Positions 55,536 to 64,000 of a stretch of DNA of 64,000 nucleotides are shown here, in pieces. The notes beneath the pieces were generated by a model that searched no databases, was not told the DNA's origin, and was given only the letters and a program-made list of their open reading frames with translations. Both the position numbers and the translations under genes were made by a program. Origin of the DNA: Candidatus Thorarchaeota archaeon (GTDB taxonomy: Archaea; Asgardarchaeota; Thorarchaeia; Thorarchaeales; Thorarchaeaceae); NCBI GenBank assembly GCA_046482545.1, contig JAWOEX010000021.1, positions 1 through 64,000 of the forward strand, read 5' to 3'. Position 1 is the stretch's first letter. Each line of letters begins with the position of its first letter.

Positions 55536-55545
55536 CTTGTAACAC

Positions 55546-57597
55546 CTAGATACCTGTCATAGCGGATGCTCTTGTCTTGAGAACCGCGTTCGTAATAGCT
55601 ATCACTACCATCTGCAGTAACATCATAACCACGCCCAGCACAGCAGCCGGCCCATGACCATATAATGGGGGTAAGCCCGCCATAACATCTTTCACCCAGT
55701 ATGTCAAAGGTGCCTGATAGTAGTTTGCTGAACCCAGAAGTATGCTTGTACTGACTTCGCTAACCGAATATACAAATGAGAGCAGCGAACCAGCCAGCAC
55801 ACTCACACCAATGAGTGGAATCACAATTCTGGCAAAAGTTTGGTTTCTATTTGCACCTGCACTCATAGACGCCTCCTCTAGGACTTCTGGTGTTTGTTGA
55901 AGCCCAGCATATGCAGCTCTAACAGTGAACGGAAACTTCCGGACTGTATATGATATGATGATTAGAAACATGGGCATATCCATTGGGAATATAGGCGTAT
56001 TGTAAAAGAGCGTGAAATAGCCGGTTGCAATGACAATACCTGGCAATGCTATGGGGGAGGTAACCAACAAATCGAGACCAGTACGGCCCGGAATATCTCG
56101 TCTGGAGATAATATACGCCGCAGAAACACCGAGCAAAACGATTATGAATGTCGCCACTGCAGCATATCCAAGGGTTCTAAACAATGCACCTTGGACCTTA
56201 GGATCTCCCAACACATTATAGTGATTGAGTGTGAAAACAGGAATTATCGAGCTAGATCGATACTTGGAAACAGAGAGTAGAAGTATACTGAGTTGAGGAA
56301 TCAGTGCATAGAAGAGAACTGGTATAAGAACCATATACATTAAAGCCGTTGTTTTTTTGGTCAAGGTTCTTGTTCGAGGATTCCATTGGCCACCTTTGCT
56401 TGTAGATGCGTAGCTGCGCAAACTAGCATATTTCCGAATTGCTAGAAAACCAACTAGAGCAAAGAGCAATAGTAGCATACCAATAGCAGGTCCAAGAGGA
56501 TCTATGGAGCCCGATTCAGCGGCTATACTGTCAAAGACCTGATAAGCCAAGACTCGTTGAGCCTGAGGATCTTCAGCGTACACAATAGGTGTGCCCAAGT
56601 CTTCGATACTCAGGATGAAGGTTAGGATAGCTCCAGCCTGAATGCCTGGCATAGCAAGAGGTAGAGTTACCGTCCTGAAAAGCTGAAAACCTGATGCCCC
56701 GAGATTCTCAGCTTGCTCTTCAAGCGATGGGTCTATACCCATGAAAGAAGAGTAAGCATTAAGATAGACGAGCGAAAACAAGGATAAACCTTGAACAATT
56801 ACTATGGCCGCAAGACCTCTAAATTCGGTTCTGATCCAGGTCATTCCAAAGAAAGCAAACAGTTCGGATGCCATATTGTTGAGAACACCATAAGACCCGA
56901 GGAACCACTTAATTCCAATAGCTCCAATAAAGGGAGTAGAAAGCATTGGAAAGAGTAGCAATGTTCGAAGAATGTTTTTCCCCGTGAAATCATATCGTGC
57001 CATAAGAAATGCAAAACTAGTCCCCAGTATTACTGCTATTGTTGTGGTCATAACAGCCGAATAAATTGAGTTTAAAATGATACCCATCTCAATTCCATAG
57101 ATATACCTTATTCCTGCGTCGGGATTGTACTGGATGAAGTCAAAGTCCTCCGCCCTCCATTGGGGGACGTACTTCTTGTTCGTGAATAGATTCAGAACTA
57201 TGTCGAGGGTAAAACCATCCTCTGTGAAGAACGAACCCCACACAACACTCAGCAAAGGCGCAATCAAGAAAGCACCGAATACAACTAGGATTGCAATAAG
57301 CTGGATCATCGATAGAGTATCCATTTCCCTTCTGAATCTACTCCATCCCGATTTCACTGTCTCAGAAAGACCCCTTTTCAAGGAACTGGCATTCTTGCGG
57401 GGGGACTTCAGAAAACCGCCGATTTGTACAATCATATTCCACAGAGAAACAAAAATACTCTTGATTCGATTACCTATCGAAGCTAAAAATCTCGCTATTC
57501 CACCAAAAAATGAAAGGAGGAAGTTGACGAGTGGATGATGTGGTTGCTGCAGTTCAGACTCCTCAGCATCTCGTTGTATCTCGTCGGCTTCAGTCAA
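55546..57597 (-). CDS. ABC permease with two fused TM domains (FbpB/ThiP-type)
   Basis: Two EAA loops (LEEQAENLGA, LEEASMSAGA); start placed at TTG 57597. Confidence 0.9.
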   Translation of the reverse strand: MTEADEIQRDAEESELQQPHHPLVNFLLSFFGGIARFLASIGNRIKSIFVSLWNMIVQIGGFLKSPRKNASSLKRGLSETVKSGWSRFRREMDTLSMIQLIAILVVFGAFLIAPLLSVVWGSFFTEDGFTLDIVLNLFTNKKYVPQWRAEDFDFIQYNPDAGIRYIYGIEMGIILNSIYSAVMTTTIAVILGTSFAFLMARYDFTGKNILRTLLLFPMLSTPFIGAIGIKWFLGSYGVLNNMASELFAFFGMTWIRTEFRGLAAIVIVQGLSLFSLVYLNAYSSFMGIDPSLEEQAENLGASGFQLFRTVTLPLAMPGIQAGAILTFILSIEDLGTPIVYAEDPQAQRVLAYQVFDSIAAESGSIDPLGPAIGMLLLLFALVGFLAIRKYASLRSYASTSKGGQWNPRTRTLTKKTTALMYMVLIPVLFYALIPQLSILLLSVSKYRSSSIIPVFTLNHYNVLGDPKVQGALFRTLGYAAVATFIIVLLGVSAAYIISRRDIPGRTGLDLLVTSPIALPGIVIATGYFTLFYNTPIFPMDMPMFLIIISYTVRKFPFTVRAAYAGLQQTPEVLEEASMSAGANRNQTFARIVIPLIGVSVLAGSLLSFVYSVSEVSTSILLGSANYYQAPLTYWVKDVMAGLPPLYGHGPAAVLGVVMMLLQMVVIAITNAVLKTRASAMTGI

Positions 57598-57634
57598 CTC
57601 GTCCACTTCCTTCTGAACGGGGGGTTGATTGCAT

Positions 57635-59062
57635 TTAGGACCCAATCAGGTCATTCAAATCAGAAATGACCTGGTCATACTGATTTTCTGCCGCATCTCT
57701 CCAGAGCTGCTGCATACTATTGTAGAAACTACTATCATAGATCATGTCTTCATTTATCTCCTCAGCATAGGGAATAGTGAACTTGTGATCTTCACCGTCC
57801 ACAGTTACTGTAACCGGTTCACCCATCTGAGCAGCCAACTGATCGAGTTGTTCTCTTGTTATTTCCTCATCGTAGTATGCATCAACTAGAGCTTTCCAAG
57901 CGTCAGCTAGTGAGTCATGTGCGTCATTAAACACCGCCTCGAAGTAGGCAGTGAATGCTGTATTGATGTTGACTGATAGGGTCTCATTGAAATCAATACC
58001 CTCGTTTTCCAAAGTCTGGTTGAATAGAGAATACAATCCCTCATTCTCCTGTCCCAGTTCAGTATGGAAGGCTGACTCAAGCACAGGCATTCTCCTGATA
58101 CCCTCACTCAACCAAAGTGATTGACCTTCTGCGGAGAGTACATAATCCAAGAACGCTTCAGATGCATTCATGTGCTCACTATTCTCTACAATAGCAATTG
58201 GATCACCGTTTACAATGGACTCACCTTCAGGGAGGATATACTCGCAGTCAGGATTGTTGGCCTGAGTCGTATAGCCATAGAAGTCTATTGACATAGACAC
58301 ACCAACATCTCCATTCTCAGCAGCAGCTTGGGTCTCGACTGAACCCTGATAGAGCCTTGCGCTCCCAGCCATGCGAGCCATAGTTGCCCATCCATCATCC
58401 CAGCCCATACCTTGCGTGATAATCTCATAGATTCTTGTATTGGAGGTAGTCTTGGGCGCATTGCCCATAGCGATTGTAGCGGTTGGCAGAAGACTGCCCC
58501 ATACCGGTTTAGCAAGATGCGTCCAGTTATTTGGCATGGGTAGGTCATGATCGTCTAGGAAGTTGTGATTGACGGTGAAACCAAATGAGGAAATCGCAGC
58601 CGCAACCCAAATCACTTCGTCTTGTTCATTTCTCCGTTTCATATCGGCGCCAGCTATGCTATCAGGAACCCTGTCAACGACTTCCAGCATATACTCACTC
58701 GTAAGGGTTTCAAGATACTCATCTCTCTGCATTTGGTCAAAGAGGGTAGGACCACCGCCCCACAGCACGTCAATACCGCCAGCTTCTATGACATCGTCCC
58801 AGAATTGAGCTGCCTGTGTTTTCCATTTCAAATCGGTAATGCCATATTCTTCAGCGATGTCAGAAGCAAGAAAGGCTTCCTCGTAGACTGTATGTATGGC
58901 GGTATCGTGTCGTGTTAGTATTGTAAGAGTTATACCTTCGTCCTGAGAAGGACCCATGTTCAATACCACTAATACTGCGCCTACTCCTATGATAGCAATC
59001 ACAACAATCGCAATCGCAATCGTCTTGATATTTCGTCCCTTTTCAAGTTCTCCAGATGCCAT
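57635..59062 (-). CDS. ABC substrate-binding protein (Fe3+/thiamine/phosphoester-type family), N-terminally anchored
   Basis: DVLWGGG, SSFGF, IDFYG, NGDPIAI, FLDYVLSAEGQ. Confidence 0.88.
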   Translation of the reverse strand: MASGELEKGRNIKTIAIAIVVIAIIGVGAVLVVLNMGPSQDEGITLTILTRHDTAIHTVYEEAFLASDIAEEYGITDLKWKTQAAQFWDDVIEAGGIDVLWGGGPTLFDQMQRDEYLETLTSEYMLEVVDRVPDSIAGADMKRRNEQDEVIWVAAAISSFGFTVNHNFLDDHDLPMPNNWTHLAKPVWGSLLPTATIAMGNAPKTTSNTRIYEIITQGMGWDDGWATMARMAGSARLYQGSVETQAAAENGDVGVSMSIDFYGYTTQANNPDCEYILPEGESIVNGDPIAIVENSEHMNASEAFLDYVLSAEGQSLWLSEGIRRMPVLESAFHTELGQENEGLYSLFNQTLENEGIDFNETLSVNINTAFTAYFEAVFNDAHDSLADAWKALVDAYYDEEITREQLDQLAAQMGEPVTVTVDGEDHKFTIPYAEEINEDMIYDSSFYNSMQQLWRDAAENQYDQVISDLNDLIGS

Positions 59063-59073
59063 AACTTTTCACC

Positions 59074-59128
59074 TTTGAGTGTCTAGTGCTTCTCATCATG
59101 ATTCAATTTTGAGAAGCACTACTCAGAG
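59074..59128 (-). promoter_or_regulatory. Long inverted repeat in the leader of the ABC operon
   Basis: tagtgcttctca (59084-59095) / tgagaagcacta (59110-59121) perfect 12-bp arms, extendable toward the AAGGTGA SD. Confidence 0.55.
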
Positions 59129-59371
59129 TGTATCTTGGTTGGAGTCATCGTACGAAGATATTAAGTCTTTGGCAAAGAGAAGGAACTAATCGTGTCACTC
59201 AATCGCCCATTACATTAATCACAGGGATAGGATATATATGGAAGAAGTAGCTGAGAATACATGAAGCTGAGACTTAGTAACTAAAAGCCTAAATATATGC
59301 ATAGGCAAGAAGTGATGTACCGAATCTGAGCTTCGATGACATTAGAAGAGCAGAAAGAGGAGAAACAAATT

Positions 59372-60409
59372 ATGATACTAGAACAGAATAGCAAAAAGAT
59401 GGTTACCATGCTGTTTCTGGCTGCACTCTTTGTACCCTATCTCGCTGTGGGCTTCATGCCAGCACGAGTTCAGGCACAAGACGCAGGCAAGATTGTCTTT
59501 GACTACAGTCATGGACAGTATAGCAGCTACGTAGCTGGGAATGAAACTCATCCCGGCGCAGATTGGTGGCTTCGGCACAATCTGACCGACATGGGCTATG
59601 AGGTGGTATGGGCATTTGACGGACTCAACGACTCTGTCTTGTCCGATGCTGACGCCCTCATTATAGGAGCAATCTACGGTGAACAGGAAGGATTTGCACA
59701 GTCAGAGGTTGATGCAGTTGCAGACTGGTTCAACGCTGGCGACAAGTTCCTTTGGGTTGGTGCTGATTCAGATTATGGTGGTGCTAACTACATCAACGCC
59801 AACATGAGCTGGGTGCTTGAAGAAGTAGGCTCTCACGTGTACCCAGAGCCAACGTCAATTGAAGACCCAGAGTCAAACTGTGAAGCATCCTATCGTGTTG
59901 TGGCCAATGAGACAAGTGATGACTCCTACGTTGAGGATATTGTAGACGGTGTATCAGCTGTATTGATGCATGGTCCCACCTGTCTCTATGGAAGCACTTC
60001 AGCTACAGCAGGCGAAGATGCAGTTGCACTCGAAGAAGATGACATAGAGAATGTCTATCCACTTCTCTACTACGGAGATGCTGCATACGTAACCGATGCT
60101 GACTTGGTACCGCCCGTCGCACATGAAGAAGGTGATGAGGGCCCCTTTGTTGCTACGACAATAGAGACCAATGCTGGCGAAGATACGTCCGGAATCATTG
60201 TAGTTAGCGGCGCTTCACCGTACGGTGATTATAACCCGATGTACGCTGAGGAGTACTATGATGTCCCATTGGATGGCTACAATCTAGTCCTCCAAGCTAT
60301 TGCCTGGGAGCCCCCAGCAGCTGGCCTAGACTTGCTCCTAATCGGCGGTATAATTGGCGTCGTTGCTGTTGTGGTAATCATCATCGCTATCGTCATGAAG
60401 AGAAAATAG
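59372..60409 (+). CDS. Secreted, C-terminally anchored protein with GATase-like/DUF4350-type domain
   Basis: Signal peptide, IVFDYSHGQ, LSDADALII, EVDAVADWFNAG, TM followed by KRK. Confidence 0.7.
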   Translation: MILEQNSKKMVTMLFLAALFVPYLAVGFMPARVQAQDAGKIVFDYSHGQYSSYVAGNETHPGADWWLRHNLTDMGYEVVWAFDGLNDSVLSDADALIIGAIYGEQEGFAQSEVDAVADWFNAGDKFLWVGADSDYGGANYINANMSWVLEEVGSHVYPEPTSIEDPESNCEASYRVVANETSDDSYVEDIVDGVSAVLMHGPTCLYGSTSATAGEDAVALEEDDIENVYPLLYYGDAAYVTDADLVPPVAHEEGDEGPFVATTIETNAGEDTSGIIVVSGASPYGDYNPMYAEEYYDVPLDGYNLVLQAIAWEPPAAGLDLLLIGGIIGVVAVVVIIIAIVMKRK

Positions 60410-60417
60410 ATAAATCA

Positions 60418-60468
60418 TCAAGAAGTAGCTTAATGCATTCAAGCTGCTTCTTGAACTCAACTTTTTTT
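60418..60468 (+). terminator. Hairpin plus T7 terminator
   Basis: tcaagaagtagctt / aagctgcttcttga 14-bp stem (one G-U pair), then ttttttt. Confidence 0.7.
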
Positions 60469-60578
60469 GCCAATCAATTCTTAGCACTGTTTCGTTCAAT
60501 CATAATCTCAAACGGAGCAGTATCACTGCCGGATGAGTTCAAGTAGTTTTTAATAGCAGGAGTGACCCCTATACAAAT

Positions 60579-62459
60579 ATGCGAAAGGGAGTTGCCTTAC
60601 TGGTTATTTTCATGTTACCCATGTTATCTGTCATGACATTCATGCCTCCAAAGGAGACCAGTGCATGGGGAATTAGCACTCACATGTTTATGGTTTCAGA
60701 AGCCATGAATGGTATTACCAACGATAGCTGGGCTGAAGCCTATGAATACTATGCGCCGGAAGTCCTATCGGGTTCCACAACTCCAGATCAAGCGTGGCAA
60801 GACTGGGAGAATCATCTCTATTACCCTGAGACAGGCGAAAAAAATGCCCCAGAAGCGGCTCAAAGATGGTTTGAATTCGCTCAAGACAATTTCACATCTG
60901 GTAACTGGGAAGACGGATTCTTCGCAGTGGGGGTCATGACACATTACTTCACCGATCCATGTATTCCTGTACACACTGACGAATACTGGCCCGGTCATAC
61001 CGGTTACGAGAGAGACATCAATGAAAATCTGGGCAACCTAGAAATCGATACACCTAGCGAACATAAAATCTCCAACGTGTCACAGCTGGTGGTTGATTGC
61101 GCTACTTTTTCGCATCAGTACTATGATACAATTCACGATGCATACGATGACAATGAATCGAGGGCTCTCGACAATCCTGAAATAAAGAGCCTGACTGAGG
61201 AATGCCTATCAATGGCCGTCAATGGTTGTCTTTCACTTTTCTACACTCTCAGTCTCTACTGTGATGCTCCTGAAGTATCGTACACTCTAGAACATGTAGC
61301 ACTAATTGACTATGCTCATTCCAATGATTACACTAGTGGTGATGAATCCGAACTCACCTCCATCAATCAGACCCTAGCGCGAAATGGGTTTGAAATGAAA
61401 ATACAGGAATCTGAATTTACGGAAAGCTCCTTGATGGATGTTGATTTGCTTATAGCCACATGTGGCTTCGATGCCTATACGAGCTCGGAGCTTTCAGAAA
61501 TCTCTGATTGGTTGGAAACGGGAAACAGGTCAATCCTGCTAACTGGGAGAGGCGATTACGACGAGTATACTGATAACGCTAGACCTAACCAAATCTTAGA
61601 GACTATCGGGTCAACAATTAGAATTAACGATGATAACGTCTACATGGAAGGAACGTATCAGCCATGGTACAACGATATCTACGACATACCACCGCCAAGT
61701 GAAACAGCCAATCTCACTCGTTCTGTTGGCTCGATTACAATGTTCTCCCCAGCAAGTCTTTACTTCGTTGAAGATGGCCCTCCGCTGCCCATTGTGTGGG
61801 CTGATTCTTCAGCATATCAAACGGACCAGAATTCCCCAGATATCACTGTGGCTTATGACATGAGACAGGATGGCGAGAATGGCAATCAGATTCCACTAGC
61901 AGCAGTTGAAGAAATCGGTTCGTCGAAGCTGCTGGTCGCTGGCACGACGTTTTTCAGTGATTTCGATTACGGTAAAACCGCTTTGTTCAATAATGTCCAG
62001 TTGCTGGAAAACTTCTTGGCGTGGGGACTGGGTGAAAATGTAGGGATAGTATCAGATACGGACGAAATTGGACCCAGAATCAGCAACGTGTCATGGTCAC
62101 CCGAACCACCTCAACAGGGAGAAGAGGTTACCTTTAGCGTAACTGTATCAGATCCAAGTGGCGTAGAAAACGTGTCTTTGCAAATCCCCGGAGATACACT
62201 CCCCCTGACAGGTGATGGCAATGAGTACTCTGTGGCTATTCCCGCCAATGATTATGAATCGGTTAACGTTACAGTGATCGCCTTTGACACAGCAGGTAAC
62301 CAAGCTCTCAGAACTGGTTTCACAATAGAATGGTTGTCGGCAACGCCCCCAGATGCTCCAACTATTGGCTTCCCCACGTATGTGTACCTAGGAATCATAG
62401 CTGCGGTTATCGTGGTCGGTGTAGTCTATATCCTATACAAGAAGAAAATGGTAGCTTAA
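60579..62459 (+). CDS. Surface Zn-dependent phospholipase C / S1-P1 nuclease-fold protein fused to GATase-like and Ig domains, C-terminal TM
   Basis: Mature N-terminus W-G-x-x-x-H, PD, ENH, HYFTD..IPVH, H..YE zinc ligands; LIDYAHSND domain. Confidence 0.8.
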   Translation: MRKGVALLVIFMLPMLSVMTFMPPKETSAWGISTHMFMVSEAMNGITNDSWAEAYEYYAPEVLSGSTTPDQAWQDWENHLYYPETGEKNAPEAAQRWFEFAQDNFTSGNWEDGFFAVGVMTHYFTDPCIPVHTDEYWPGHTGYERDINENLGNLEIDTPSEHKISNVSQLVVDCATFSHQYYDTIHDAYDDNESRALDNPEIKSLTEECLSMAVNGCLSLFYTLSLYCDAPEVSYTLEHVALIDYAHSNDYTSGDESELTSINQTLARNGFEMKIQESEFTESSLMDVDLLIATCGFDAYTSSELSEISDWLETGNRSILLTGRGDYDEYTDNARPNQILETIGSTIRINDDNVYMEGTYQPWYNDIYDIPPPSETANLTRSVGSITMFSPASLYFVEDGPPLPIVWADSSAYQTDQNSPDITVAYDMRQDGENGNQIPLAAVEEIGSSKLLVAGTTFFSDFDYGKTALFNNVQLLENFLAWGLGENVGIVSDTDEIGPRISNVSWSPEPPQQGEEVTFSVTVSDPSGVENVSLQIPGDTLPLTGDGNEYSVAIPANDYESVNVTVIAFDTAGNQALRTGFTIEWLSATPPDAPTIGFPTYVYLGIIAAVIVVGVVYILYKKKMVA

Positions 62460-62466
62460 GTATGAA

Positions 62467-62524
62467 GGAAAAACGGTAAATGTAACTATTTCCCAATGCA
62501 TCTGCCGTTTTTTTTTCCCTTTTT
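62467..62524 (+). terminator. Hairpin plus T-tract terminator
   Basis: aaaaacggtaaatgta pairs with tgcatctgccgttttt (G-U pairs, one mismatch); T9 run followed by further Ts. Confidence 0.6.
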
Positions 62525-62577
62525 GCTCACCTGCAAATATTCATATGGTTTCTGGAGAATATATGGGCGAGATATAG

Positions 62578-63228
62578 TTGGGCAGGGTGTCCAAGTTGTC
62601 AATGAGTGCTCATTCCAAATCTCAAGATGCTGAAATTGAGGAAGCTATCATCTTATCTTTCGGATCGGCTATTATCGAATTCGAAGAGACCCTATTCCAG
62701 AAAGTACTGCTCATATCAGGAAAGCAATCTCTCATGACAATGGACATGTTCAGAAAACATCTCCAAGAAATGCATGCCAAGGGATATATCAAACCGGTGA
62801 TTTTCCATGGTAAAAAATGCTGGAAAAAGATGGTTGTACTTGATGACATTCAGCAAGATCTAACTCCAAGGGAAATTAGGGAATCAACAAGGAAGGGAAC
62901 AGGGTATCAAATAGCAACAGGCGCTAGACAACAATCGGAAGAGAAAGTTGTAAGCGAATCGCGAAGCATTGCAGAAGAGATATTATCCCATCTCAGAGAA
63001 GAACTGAGCTCCGGAAGAAAATTGGAGCCTAACAAAAAAATCATGTTGCGCGAAGAAACTGAGAAAATGCAGTACGCATTGGCCGATTCGTCAACGATAT
63101 TTTTGAATTATGTACGAGTCCATCTTCCCACATTGTATGAACCCATGAAAGAACTCCTTCTTTCGAAGGGCAAGGAAGTCATGCTGCCAGCCCTCAAAAT
63201 AGCTGAATCGACATTGGCAGAGAGCTAA
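62578..63228 (+). CDS. Hypothetical protein (possible N-terminal winged-helix)
   Basis: 216-aa ORF filling the gap; FRKHLQEMHAKGYI helix-wing-like pattern; start uncertain. Confidence 0.6.
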   Translation: MGRVSKLSMSAHSKSQDAEIEEAIILSFGSAIIEFEETLFQKVLLISGKQSLMTMDMFRKHLQEMHAKGYIKPVIFHGKKCWKKMVVLDDIQQDLTPREIRESTRKGTGYQIATGARQQSEEKVVSESRSIAEEILSHLREELSSGRKLEPNKKIMLREETEKMQYALADSSTIFLNYVRVHLPTLYEPMKELLLSKGKEVMLPALKIAESTLAES

Positions 63229-63232
63229 GCAA

Positions 63233-64000
63233 CTAGTAGCTTCGTTGGACAAGGAATTCTGACATATCAATGAAGAAATTCTTGTAGTCTTCATCAAATG
63301 CTGGTTCTGCGAGGTCAAGAGCCTCTTGCCCAGCATCGAGAAGCTCGTTCATTCTGTTTTCTGCTGCTTCAAGGGCACCAGTATCCACAAAGATATCCTT
63401 GACCTCTTGAACTTGCTCTGCAGACATGTCAGGTGCTCCAAGAAGATTTTCAAGGCGTTGTCGTTTGTCTGAATTCGCTCTTCGGAATGCTTCTAGAACC
63501 AGCATGGTTCTTTTCCCCTCACGTATATCACCATCTGTTGGCTTGCCAGTAACTTCTTCATCACCGAATGAGCCCAAAATATCATCCTGAATCTGAAAGG
63601 CTTGGCCCACCTTCACCCCAAAGTTGCTCAGGGCCTTCATCTGTGATTCTGAAGCTCCTGCAATGGCTGCACCAATAAGAAGAGAATTCTCGAATAGGAT
63701 GGCTGTCTTCAGCCTTATCATTTCAAGATAGGTTTCAGGAGAAGGGTTATGACTTCCAACCATATGCATTTCCAGAAGAACACCATCAACCAAGCCCTGG
63801 TATGCAGTCTGATAGTAATGCAAACACTTCGTGCTCACTTCTGGAGAAAGATTCGCGGCTGTGATCGTTTGAGCTCCTATGTTGAGTAATGAATCACCAC
63901 CGATTATCGCCATTGTCATACCGAAGTGTTCTGCTTTCTTCTGAATGTCCTTCACCTCATTCTTGTACCAATCACGATAAAGAGCATGGAATGTGGGGCC
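63233..64000 (-). CDS. idsA: Polyprenyl diphosphate (GGPP) synthase, 5' end beyond the window
   Basis: AIIGGD, LKTA, AFQIQDDILG (SARM), GDIREGKRT; frame open to nt 64000. Confidence 0.9.
   Translation of the reverse strand, partial: GPTFHALYRDWYKNEVKDIQKKAEHFGMTMAIIGGDSLLNIGAQTITAANLSPEVSTKCLHYYQTAYQGLVDGVLLEMHMVGSHNPSPETYLEMIRLKTAILFENSLLIGAAIAGASESQMKALSNFGVKVGQAFQIQDDILGSFGDEEVTGKPTDGDIREGKRTMLVLEAFRRANSDKRQRLENLLGAPDMSAEQVQEVKDIFVDTGALEAAENRMNELLDAGQEALDLAEPAFDEDYKNFFIDMSEFLVQRSY

Noticed and set aside
653-63336. Numerous 60-180 aa ORFs antisense to or nested in identified genes (for example 4283-4678, 23172-23636, 34466-35005, 36569-37141)
   Set aside because: They are shadow ORFs overlapping well-supported genes and carry no family motifs.
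1-64000. CRISPR arrays, tRNA/rRNA genes, IS elements or integrases
   Set aside because: No regularly spaced direct repeats, RNA-gene signatures or transposase motifs seen by eye. A tRNAscan/Infernal run would be needed to exclude small RNAs.
1-64000. Genome-wide reassignment of TAG
   Set aside because: Many genes end at TAG exactly where the family or TM tail ends (for example 3049, 10160, 11629, 18649, 27384, 60409).

Overview
Gene-dense archaeal chromosome segment, most likely from an Asgard archaeon (Thorarchaeia-like). The taxon is inferred from gene content: an EF-2 paralog lacking the diphthamide loop, two Rab-like GTPases, roadblock and WD40 proteins, PolB2 with its small partner, and archaeal TGT and HflX. 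I recognised no rRNA, tRNA, CRISPR array or transposase. Three regions stand out. (1) 30.8-39.6 kb is a eukaryote-signature cluster. A roadblock gene, a KaiB-like CxxC thioredoxin and two single-domain KaiC ATPases (in CI-like then CII-like order) lie beside an alpha-solenoid protein, two Rab-like GTPases, a WD40 propeller and a HEAT protein carrying a beta-COP/adaptin-type appendage. (2) 44.4-50.9 kb is a metV-metF-mtrH-mtrA-mtrH-mmp14-cofE operon with no membrane Mtr subunits, which suggests a soluble corrinoid methyl shuttle. (3) 23.9-27.4 kb holds a redoxin-type class III ribonucleotide reductase with an NrdH-like partner, divergent from thyA. Also present: a probable ATT start codon, two in-frame TAG codons, several single-base frameshifts in accessory genes, a ClC lacking its gating glutamate, and a long leader hairpin before an ABC operon. 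All family assignments come from motifs and remembered sequences read by eye; no database search was run.
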